From Euglena gracilis (Eukaryota): DNA of 64,000 nt. Below the pieces are notes generated by a model. It did not search any database. It worked only from the letters and a program-made list of their open reading frames with translations, and had not been told where the DNA came from. The position numbers and the translations under genes were made by a program. Below are positions 1-9,800 of this stretch, in pieces. Positions within the stretch are counted from its first letter, which is position 1. Every line of letters begins with the position of its first letter. The DNA lies in contig CP154954.1 of NCBI GenBank assembly GCA_039621445.1, positions 35,325,703 through 35,389,702 on the forward strand, written 5' to 3'.

Positions 1-1
1 T

Positions 2-259
2 GCCCGGGCGGAAATGACACGGGAAGAGCGCCAGCAGTATGATGCTGCTGTGTCGGCTCTCACAGGAGTCCCAGCTCCATCACGGTTAAGTCAACCAGCG
101 CGACAGCGGGACGTGGCTGTGGCGGAAGCGCCACCAGCACGACCCACAAGCTCTGCCGCCGGCAAACGTGACCGCGGCCCGGAAAATCTGACGCCGCAGC
201 CACAACGCCGCTCGCCGAGGTCGGAAAATCCGCCCGGCGGCGATGCACGTCGACGCTGA
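2..259 (+). CDS. 5'-partial, Pro/Arg-rich upstream segment of the left accessory-type gene (frameshifts into 243..2693)
   Basis: The frame is open from the window start. QQYDAAVSALT...GKRDRGPENLTP matches ATYKEALQHLT...RKRPRGPEFATP in the ORF at ~62765-62865, at the equivalent position upstream of the GK-rich tract. Confidence 0.65.
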   Translation, partial: ARAEMTREERQQYDAAVSALTGVPAPSRLSQPARQRDVAVAEAPPARPTSSAAGKRDRGPENLTPQPQRRSPRSENPPGGDARRR

Positions 260-2693
260 GGAGGAAGCTCCGCCAGCGCCCGACGTGACGGCAGAACGGG
301 CACGTCGGGAAACCCGACCATCCCCAGTCGCACCGGTTTACTCGAATCGTGGTGATGCTGAGCAGGAATTTGCTCGAACACCAAGCACGGAATCCGTGAC
401 TTATCCTGTGTATACAGAAGAAGACCCAGAATACTGGGAATATTGGGACCCATATCGGGCGACGATAGAATGGCTGTCCAACACGAAGGGCAAGGGTAAA
501 GGAAAAGGCAAGGGTAAGGGTAAAGGTAAAGGCCAGGAGAAAGGTGGGAAAGCCCCATCTGGGAAAGGCGGAAAACCCGCTGGACCAGCTCCAGGCAAAG
601 GCGGAAAATCTGCCGGACCCCCGACAGGAAAAGGCGGAAAAGCCGCCGACCCTTCGAAAACGAAGGATTACGACGTTAACCAGGTGTTCGACTACCTGGA
701 TGAGATCTGGCCGAAAATTAAAGAAAATCTTCAGCAGTACACGCGTGCAGGTAACGTCATCCACCGACCACCGGAAGCGGTGCTCGAAGTGGTACAGGAT
801 CGTATGTACGATCACTGCAAGCGATTTTTCTACAGTTCTGAACTTCATGCATTTGAGGGATACCCTCATTCGAATGAAGTCGTCCTGGACCGGATGCCCG
901 GTTTCTGGGAGCTGTGGTTCTGGTTGGGATACCCCTGCCAGAACTTCGGCATCTTTACTGACCGAAACGGTCAGTCGTACGTGAACTGTTTGGGAACATG
1001 TCCTGACGATGAAACGTTCGTCGCACAGTTGAAGGAAATCTTCAACCACATGTATTCCGTCAGCGCACTGGGAATCCAGTGGAAGTATTACCCCCTGCCG
1101 GAGAAACTCCAGGTGCAGGCTGCGGTAATGTTCACGAACAACCTCCAAGTATTCTTGGATAGCATGTATGGCATGCTGTTCAAGGTACTGGACGTGGACC
1201 TCGCCTATCCTCAACGATACAAGCTGGAATGCCAGTTTTGCAAAGAGCAACACATTGTTGATTTCTGGGGTTTCGGTGAGCGTGGAAAACCGCCTCCGAC
1301 TGCCGAGAATGCCGGCAGCCCACTGACCAGGAGATTTCTCCTGCATCAGTGCCGAAAGCCCCAGATCGGAACGCAAGATCGAAAGGTGCTGAAACAGCAC
1401 CGGCAGAAAATATTTCTGCTTCAACAATACTGGCACAGGGCGTGGATTACCTACGTCCTGGAGGTGTACATTTATTTCCTGGAGTACATGACCACTGATG
1501 TGAATATTCACAGGAAGTGGTTACCTCGGGGATACACCGAGGAAGAAGCCAGACCGAATGACCAAGACCGACGCAGGATGAACCTGCGGCCGGACTGGTA
1601 CGAGGCCGAAATCGGTCTTCCGAAGCACATGGAAAACCAGTTCGGGAATATCCTGATCTGGGAAGATTTCCAGTCCTTCTACGCAGCAGACGTGGAAAAA
1701 CAGCCACGTTATGCCTTGCCGCTGCCAGCCTTCCTGGAAGACACAGGAGAACGTGGCATGAGCTGGGATCGGCGAATGCAGTGGGAAGACCTCTGCCGTA
1801 ACAACGAGGACGAGCCAGAGCCCTTACCCGGAAGCTGGGTAAGACCGTCATGGCCACCCCCATATCCCAACTCTGACAGGAGCGAAAGTATTAGCTTTTT
1901 CCGCCTGTCAGACGCACAGGGGTGCTACAGAACCGGGGAAGACCCGCGTTCTGCAGCACAGCTACACACAGAGGACTCACCTCCGGAAGCGGAGGAGACG
2001 GAAGAAGTGGTCCCAATGGCCGAGGATGAACCTCAGCCTGCGGAACCTCCGGCACGGGAAACCCGTAGCCCATCGGTTGTGATGCTGGACACTGTGGCGG
2101 AAACCGCCCAGCGCCCGGGATCACCGACAGGTGAAATGACGCCTGTCCCACTGTCACCATCCTCACCGGGTACGCCAGGAGGACCGACCCCTCCGCGGGA
2201 AAACCCGCCGGAGACGGTAACCCATACGCCTGAGGTATTACGCCTCAAGCTTCCTGTCCCCGGGGAAATCCCGACGACAGAGGAGCCAGTGGAGGAGCCC
2301 ACTTCAGGGGAAGGACCTGAACGGCGCCCCTCACTGGGCGGACGTGTACTCGGCGGTTTGCGATCACTGATCGCAGTTGTCACCCCACGTGGCACTGCGG
2401 CCAGTTCTTCCACTGCTGTGGCGGAAACTGTCCAGCCAACGGACGAAACAACTGAAGTTGCAGCCATGGAGGAGGATGAACCTCCCCCAATGGCCACGCC
2501 ACCGCCGGTGTCGGAAACGACACGGACGGAGGGCGAACAGACGGCAATGTCAGTGGAGATAGCACTACCCGCGCCAGTGCAGGATGAACCTGCATTAGCA
2601 CCGGAAGCGGCATCAGAGGCACGGGATAAGCCCGTACCCCCACACAGCGGCCACTGCACCGAAGCGTGCGGGCACACGGACACCGGCACCTGA
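243..2693 (+). CDS. Uncharacterised retroelement accessory-type protein, central part: GK-rich tract, conserved globular domain with CxxC...HxC, acidic/Pro-rich tail
   Basis: 816-aa ORF. The blocks PGFWELWFWLGYPCQNFG and GIQW...YPQ...CQFC...VDFWGFGERG are homologous to the translation of 63400-64000. Confidence 0.8.
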   Translation: MHVDAEEEAPPAPDVTAERARRETRPSPVAPVYSNRGDAEQEFARTPSTESVTYPVYTEEDPEYWEYWDPYRATIEWLSNTKGKGKGKGKGKGKGKGQEKGGKAPSGKGGKPAGPAPGKGGKSAGPPTGKGGKAADPSKTKDYDVNQVFDYLDEIWPKIKENLQQYTRAGNVIHRPPEAVLEVVQDRMYDHCKRFFYSSELHAFEGYPHSNEVVLDRMPGFWELWFWLGYPCQNFGIFTDRNGQSYVNCLGTCPDDETFVAQLKEIFNHMYSVSALGIQWKYYPLPEKLQVQAAVMFTNNLQVFLDSMYGMLFKVLDVDLAYPQRYKLECQFCKEQHIVDFWGFGERGKPPPTAENAGSPLTRRFLLHQCRKPQIGTQDRKVLKQHRQKIFLLQQYWHRAWITYVLEVYIYFLEYMTTDVNIHRKWLPRGYTEEEARPNDQDRRRMNLRPDWYEAEIGLPKHMENQFGNILIWEDFQSFYAADVEKQPRYALPLPAFLEDTGERGMSWDRRMQWEDLCRNNEDEPEPLPGSWVRPSWPPPYPNSDRSESISFFRLSDAQGCYRTGEDPRSAAQLHTEDSPPEAEETEEVVPMAEDEPQPAEPPARETRSPSVVMLDTVAETAQRPGSPTGEMTPVPLSPSSPGTPGGPTPPRENPPETVTHTPEVLRLKLPVPGEIPTTEEPVEEPTSGEGPERRPSLGGRVLGGLRSLIAVVTPRGTAASSSTAVAETVQPTDETTEVAAMEEDEPPPMATPPPVSETTRTEGEQTAMSVEIALPAPVQDEPALAPEAASEARDKPVPPHSGHCTEACGHTDTGT

Positions 2694-3861
2694 AAAACAG
2701 GCTACACGGACATCCATGCCCCCACCACAGACTCAGCCAACGCGAAGTGCAGCGGCGACGTCCACACCCACACCGTCCCCCACTGCTGCTCCTGGGAAAC
2801 CCACGAGCGCAGCGAAGGAACGCGTAGGGCGACCCTCAGCTCGGGAAACCCCTGCTGAAGGTCAACGACGCTCGGTGTCGGGGAAAAGACCCCCGGCCCA
2901 GCCGTCACCACGCACCTGGTCAAGCAAGCGTGACGCCGAACGGCGACCCTCGGATGCTCCGGAAAGCGGAAGTCCGAAGGCCCCGGCCAAATCAAAGCCC
3001 GGTGCCGCGCCTTGCAAACCCTCACCTAAGACAGGTGATCAGCCCCCACCGAAAGGCGGTGGTGGTGCTGGAGGCCAGGGTGCATCTTCTTCTCGAGGAT
3101 TAGCCTCGGGAGGAGGATTCACACAGGTCACATCATCCGGCTATGGGAAAACCTCACAGCCGAAACCACCTACGAAGGGGCAGGGAAAATCCCGCGCCTC
3201 TACGACTACGACACCTTCGGAAGGCGAAGTTGTCATCGACTGGAATGCGATGACTCAGGATGATCCTGAGACTCATGACCTGAAAAACAGGTACATGATG
3301 ATCGAACACAAGCTGCGAACAGACCAATGCCTCAATCGGTGGATTGAACCACTGTTCTGTCAAGGACGGAAATGGTCCTTTGACCAGAATGTCACCTGGA
3401 ATTATTACAATTCCAGATCACCACGTGTTTTGGCCCAATACTTCGGCGAGGAATTCCTCGTCGACAGAACATCGGAAAACCGATTTGTGTGGCTCTGCAC
3501 TGTTTGCCACAGGATGTACAACAGTGCTCCTGACTTGGGATTACCCCTCGTCCATGTGTGCAACCCTGTGGATCGGAAATCGTTCCACAAGGATATGTAC
3601 ATACCCAACTGTGCCGCCTTGGTATGTGCCAAGTGCGTGGACAGTTGGACCCACAAGCACAATTTTGGCTACACGGAGCGAGATGGTACGAATGTACCAG
3701 TACTCTGCGTCAACTGCCTGCGAGGTACCTTCTGGCACACTGCGGAAGGCGCAGTTCGCACAATCGTGCCGAGTGCCGAGAAGCCACTGGAGGAATACTC
3801 CACCTTGAACAGAAAGTTCAAGGACGCCTTCAAGTACTCAAACCTCAAGCTTGACGACTGA
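2641..3861 (+). CDS. C-terminal part of the same gene, with a Cys8 PHD/ADD/RING-like zinc finger
   Basis: The frame of ORF 2716..3861 is open back to at least 2641 (HTAATAPKRAGTRTPAPEKQATRTSMPPP), right after a C5 run at 2637-2641. Cys pattern: CTVC-x17-C-x16-C-x4-C-x2-C-x23-CVNC. The stop codon coincides with the satellite junction. Confidence 0.7.
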   Translation, partial: HTAATAPKRAGTRTPAPEKQATRTSMPPPQTQPTRSAAATSTPTPSPTAAPGKPTSAAKERVGRPSARETPAEGQRRSVSGKRPPAQPSPRTWSSKRDAERRPSDAPESGSPKAPAKSKPGAAPCKPSPKTGDQPPPKGGGGAGGQGASSSRGLASGGGFTQVTSSGYGKTSQPKPPTKGQGKSRASTTTTPSEGEVVIDWNAMTQDDPETHDLKNRYMMIEHKLRTDQCLNRWIEPLFCQGRKWSFDQNVTWNYYNSRSPRVLAQYFGEEFLVDRTSENRFVWLCTVCHRMYNSAPDLGLPLVHVCNPVDRKSFHKDMYIPNCAALVCAKCVDSWTHKHNFGYTERDGTNVPVLCVNCLRGTFWHTAEGAVRTIVPSAEKPLEEYSTLNRKFKDAFKYSNLKLDD

Positions 3862-6800
3862 TCTAAATCTGCTCATTTCTTGCAACCAACATTCCCGCTG
3901 CATGTTTTTCTTACCATTAAACCACGACAATCGTGAAACCAACGGGTCCCCTGACTTTGGAGGCCTCCTGGAACACCCATTTGGTTACTCGGAGTAAGGC
4001 CCAGTTTGGTCCATTTTTATATGGTAACCTGGGCTGACCTGGTATATGTCCCCCGGAATGGTCGAATGCACCCATCTAAATCTGCTCATTTCTTGCAACC
4101 AACATTCCCGCTGCATGTTTTTCTTACCATTAAACCACGACAATCATGAAACCAACGGCTCCCCTGACTTTGGAGGCCTCCTGGAACACCCATTCGGTTA
4201 CTCGGAGTAAGGCCCAGTTTGGTCCATTTTTACATGGTAACCTGGGCTGACCTGGTAAATGTCCCCCGGAATGGTCGAATGCACCGATCTAAATCTGCTC
4301 ATTTCTTGCAACCAACATTCCCGCTGCATGTTTTTCTGACCATTAAACCACGGCAATCGAGAAACCAACGGGTCCCCTGACTTTGGCGGCCTCCTGGAAC
4401 ACCCATTTGGTTACTCGGAGTAAGGCCCAGTTTGGTCCATTTTTACATTGTAACCTGGGCTGACCTGGTAAATGTCCCCCGGAATGGTCGAATGCACCCA
4501 TCTAAATCTGCTCGTTTCTTGCAACCAACATTCCCGCTGCATGTTTTTCTTACCATTAAACCACGACAATCGTGAAACCAACGGGTCCCCTGACTTTGGC
4601 GGCCTCCTGGAACACCCATTCGGTTACTCGGAGTAAGGCCCAGTTTGGTCCATTTTTACATGGTAACCTGGGCTGACCTGGTAAATGTCCCCCGGAATGG
4701 TCGAATGCACCCATCTAAATCTGCTCATTTCTTGCAACCAACCTTCCGGCTGCATGTTTTTCTTACCATTAAAACACGACAATCGTGAAACCAACGGGTC
4801 CCCTGACTTTGGAGGCCTCCTGGAACACCCATTCGCTTACTCGGAGTAAGGCCCAATTGGTCCATTTTTACATGGTAACCTGGGCTGACCTGGTAAATGT
4901 CCCCCGGAATGGTCGAATGCACCCATCTAAATGTGCTCATTTCTTGCAACCAACCTTTCGGGTGTATGTTATTCTTACCATTAAACCACGACAATCATGA
5001 AACCAACGGGTCCCCTGACTTTGGAGGCCTCCTGGAACACCCATTCGCTAACTCGGAGTAAGGCCCAATTTGGTCCATTTTTACATGGCAACCTGGGCTG
5101 ACCTGGTAAATGTCCCCCGGAATGGTCGAATGCACCCATCTAAATGTGCTCATTTCTTGCAACCAACCTTTCGGGTGTATGTTATTCTTACCATTAAACC
5201 ACGACAATCATGAAACCAACGGGTCCCCTGACTTTGGAGGCCTCCTGGAACACCCATTCGCTAACTCGGAGTAAGGCCCAATTGGGTCCGTTTTTACATG
5301 GTAACCTGGGCTGACCTGGAAAATGTCCCCCGGAATGGTCGAATGCACCCATCTAAAACTGCTCATTTCTTGCAACCAACCTTCCGGCTGCATGTTTTTC
5401 TTACCATTAAACCACGACAATCGTGAAACCAACGGGTCCCCTGACTTTGGAGGCCTCCTGGAACACCCATTCGGTTACTCGGAGTAAGGCCCAATTTGGT
5501 CCATTTTTACATGGCAACCTGGGCTGACCTGGTAAATGTCCCCCGGAATGGTCGAATGCACCCATCTAAATGTGCTCATTTCTTGCAACCAACCTTCCGG
5601 CTGCATGTTTTTCTTACCATTAAACCACGACAATCATGAAACCAACGGGTCCCCTGACTTTGGAGGCGTCCTGGAACACCCATTCGGTTACTCGGAGTAA
5701 GGCCCAATTTGGTCCCTTTTTACATGGTAACCTGGGCTGACCTGGAAAATGTCCCCCGGAATGGTCGAATGCACCCATCTAAATGTGCTCATTTATTGCA
5801 ACCAACCTTTCGGCTGCATGTTATTCTTACCATTAAACCACGACAATCATGAAACCAACGGTTCCCCTGACTTTGGAGTCCTCCTGGAACACCCATTCGG
5901 TTACTCGGAGTAAGGCCCAATTTGGTCCATTTTTACATGGTAACCTGGGCTGACCTGGTAAATGTCCCCTGGAATGGTCGAATGCACCCATCTAAATGTG
6001 CTCATTTCTTGCAACCAACCTTCCGGCTGCATGTTTTTCTTACCATTAAACCACGACAATCATGAACAGGTCCCCTGACTTAGGAGGCCTCCTGGAACAC
6101 CCATTTGCTAACTCGGAGTAAGGCGCAATTTGGTCCATTTTTACATGGTAACCTGGGCTGACCTGGTAAATGTCCCCCGGAATGGTCGAATGCACCCATC
6201 TAAATGTGCTCATTTCTTGCAACCAACCTTTCGGCTGCATGTTATTCTTACCATTAAACCACGACAATCATGAAACCAACGGTTCCCCTGACTTTGGAGG
6301 CCTCCTGGAACACCCATTCGGTTACTCGGAGTAAGGCCCAATTTGGTCCATTTTTACATGGCAACCTGGGCTGACCTGGTAAATGTCCCCCGGAATGGTC
6401 GAATGCACCCATCTAAATGTGCTCATTTCTTGCAACCAACCTTCCGGCTGCATGTTATTCTTACCATTAAACCACGACAATCATGAAACCAACGGGTCCC
6501 CTGACTTTGGAGGCGTCCTGGAACACCCATTCGGTTACTCGGAGTAAGGCCCAATTTGGTCCCTTTTTACATGGTAACCTGGGCTGACCTGGAAAATGTC
6601 CCCCGGAATGGTCGAATGCACCCATCTAAATGTGCTCATTTATTGCAACCAACCTTTCGGCTGCATGTTATTCTTACCATTAAACCACGACAATCATGAA
6701 ACCAACGGTTCCCCTGACTTTGGAGTCCTCCTGGAACACCCATTCGGTTACTCGGAGTAAGGCCCAATTTGGTCCATTTTTACATGGTAACCTGGGCTGA

Positions 6801-9800
6801 CCTGGTAAATGTCCCCTGGAATGGTCGAATGCACCCATCTAAATGTGCTCATTTCTTGCAACCAACCTTCCGGCTGCATGTTTTTCTTACCATTAAACCA
6901 CGACAATCGTGAAACCAACGGGTCCCCTGACTTTGGAGGCCTCCTGGAACACCCATTCGCTAACTCGGAGTAAGGCCCAATTTGGTCCATTTTTACATGG
7001 CAACCTGGGCTGACCTGGTAAATGTCCCCCGGAATGGTCGAATGCACCCATCTAAATGTGCTCATTTCTTGCAACCAACCTTCCGGCTGCATGTTTTTCT
7101 TACCATTAAACCACGACAATCATGAAACCAACGGTTCCCCTGACTTTGGAGGCCTCCTGGAACACCCATTCGCTAACTCGGAGTAAGGCCCAATTTGGTC
7201 CATTTTTACATGGTAACCTGGGCTGACCTGGTAAATGTCCCCCGGAATGGTCGAATGCACCCATCTAAATGTGCTCATTTCTTGCAACCAACCTTCCGGC
7301 TGCATGTTTTTCTTACCATTAAACCACGACAATCATGAAACCAACGGGTCCCCTGACTTTGGAGGCCTCCTGGAACACCCATTCGGTTACTCGGAGTAAG
7401 GCCCAATTTGGTCCATTTTTACATGGCAACCTGGGCTGACCTGGTAAATGTCCCCCGGAATGGTCGAATGCACCCATCTAAATGTGCTCATTTCTTGCAA
7501 CCAACCTTCCGGCTGCATGTTTTTTCTTACCATTAAACCACGACAATCATGAAACCAACGGGTCCCCTGACTTTGGAGGCCTCCTGGAACACCCATTCGG
7601 TTACTCGGCGTAAGGCCAAATTTGGTCCATTTTTACATGGTAACCTGGGCTGACCTGGTAAATGTCCCCCGGAATGGTCGAATGCACCCATCTAAATGTG
7701 CTCATTTCTTGCAACCAACCTTTCGGCTGCATGTTATTCTTACCATTAAACCACGACAATCATGAAACCAACGGTTCCCCTGACTTTGGAGGCCTCCTGG
7801 AACACCCATTCGGTTACTCGGAGTAAGGCCCAATTTGGTCCATTTTTACATGGTAACCTGGGCTGACCTGGTAAATGTCCCCGGAATGGTCGAATGCACC
7901 CATCTAAATGTGCTCATTTCTTGCAACCAACCTTCCGGCTGCATGTTTTTCTTACCATTAAACCACGACAATCATGAAACCAACGGGTCCCCTGACTTTG
8001 GAGGCCTCCTGGAACACCCATTTCGTTACTCGGAGTAAGGCCCAATTTGGTCCATTTTTACATGGTAACCTGGGCTGACCTGGTAAATGTCCCCCGGAAT
8101 GGTCGAATGCACCCATCTAAATGTGCTCATTTCTTGCAACCAACCTTCCGGCTGCATGTTATTCTTACCATTAAACCACGACAATCATGAAACCAACGGT
8201 TCCCCTGACTTTGGAGGCCTCCTGGAACACCCATTCGCTAACTCGGAGTAAGGCCCAATTTGGTCCATTTTTACATGGTAACCTGGGCTGACCTGGTAAA
8301 TGTCCCCCGGAATGGTCGAATGCACCCATCTAAATGTGCTCATTTCTTGCAACCAACCTTCCGGCTGCATGTTTTTTTTACCATTAAACCACGACAATCA
8401 TGAAACCAACGGGTCCCCTGACTTTGGAGGCCTCCTGGAACACCCATTCGGTTACTCGGAGTAAGGCTTAATTTGGTCCATTTTTACATGGTAACCTGGG
8501 CTGACCTGGTAAATGTCCCCGGGAATGGTCGAATGCACCCATCTAAATGTGCTCATTTCTTGCAAACAACCTTCCGGCTGAATGTTCTTCATACCATTAA
8601 ACCACGACAATCATGAAACCAACGGGTCCCCTGACTTTGGAGGCCTCCTGGAACACCCATTCGGTTACTCGGAGTAAGGCCCAATTTGGTCCATTTTTAC
8701 ATGGTAACCTGGGCTGACCTGGTAAATGTCCCCCGGAATGGTCGAATGCACCCATCTAAATGTGCTCATTTCTTGCAACCAACCTTCCGGCTGCATGTTT
8801 TTCTTACCATTAAACCACGACAATCATGAAACCAACGGGTCCCCTGACTTTGGAGGCCTCCTGGAACACCCATTCGGTAACTCGGAGTACGGCCCAATTT
8901 GGTCCATTTTTACATGGTAACCTGGGCTGACCTGGTAAATGTCCCCCGGAATGGTCGAATGCACCCATCTAAATGTGCTCATTTCTTGCAACCAACCTTG
9001 TGGCTGCATGTTTTCCTTACCATTAAACCACGACAATCATGAAACCAACGGTTCCCCTGACTTTGGAGGCCTCCTGGAACACCCATTCGCTAACTCGGAG
9101 TAAGGCCCAATTTGGTCCATTTTTACATGGTAACCTGGGCTGACCTGGTAAATGTCCCCCGGAATGGTCGAATGCACCCATCTAAATGTGCTCATTTCTT
9201 GCAACCAACCTTTCGGCTGCATGTTATTCTTACCATTAAACCACGACAATCATGAAACCAACGGTTCCCCTGACTTTGGAGGCCTCCTGGAACACCCATT
9301 CGGTTACTCGGAGTAAGGCCCAATTTGGTCCATTTTTACATGGTAACCTGGGCTGACCTGGTAAATGTCCCCCGGAATGGTCGAATGCACCCATCTAAAT
9401 GTGCTCATTCCTTGCAACCAACCTTCCGGCTGCATGTTATTCTTACCATTAAACCACGACAATCATGAAACCAACGGGTCCCCTGACTTTGGAGGCCTCC
9501 TGGAACACCCATTCGGTTACTCGGAGTAAGGCCCAATTTGGTCCATTTTTACATGGTAACCTGGGCTGACCTGGTAAATGTCCCCCGGAATGGTCGAATG
9601 CACCCATCTAAATGTGCTCATTTCTTGCAACCAACCTTCCGGCTGCATGTTATTCTTACCATTAAACCACGACAATCATGAAACCAACGGGTCCCCTGAC
9701 TTTGGAGGCCTCCTGGAACACCCATTCGGTTACTCGGAGTAAGGCCCAATTTGGTCCATTTTTACATGGTAACCTGGGCTGACCTGGTAAATGTCCCCCG

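Noticed and set aside
60-1511. 483-aa antisense ORF
   Set aside because: It is the shadow of the + strand gene, and the homology signal lies on the + strand.
4192-4208. CENP-B box-like TTCG...CGG motif
   Set aside because: The spacing is one base short and the GGG core is not matched.
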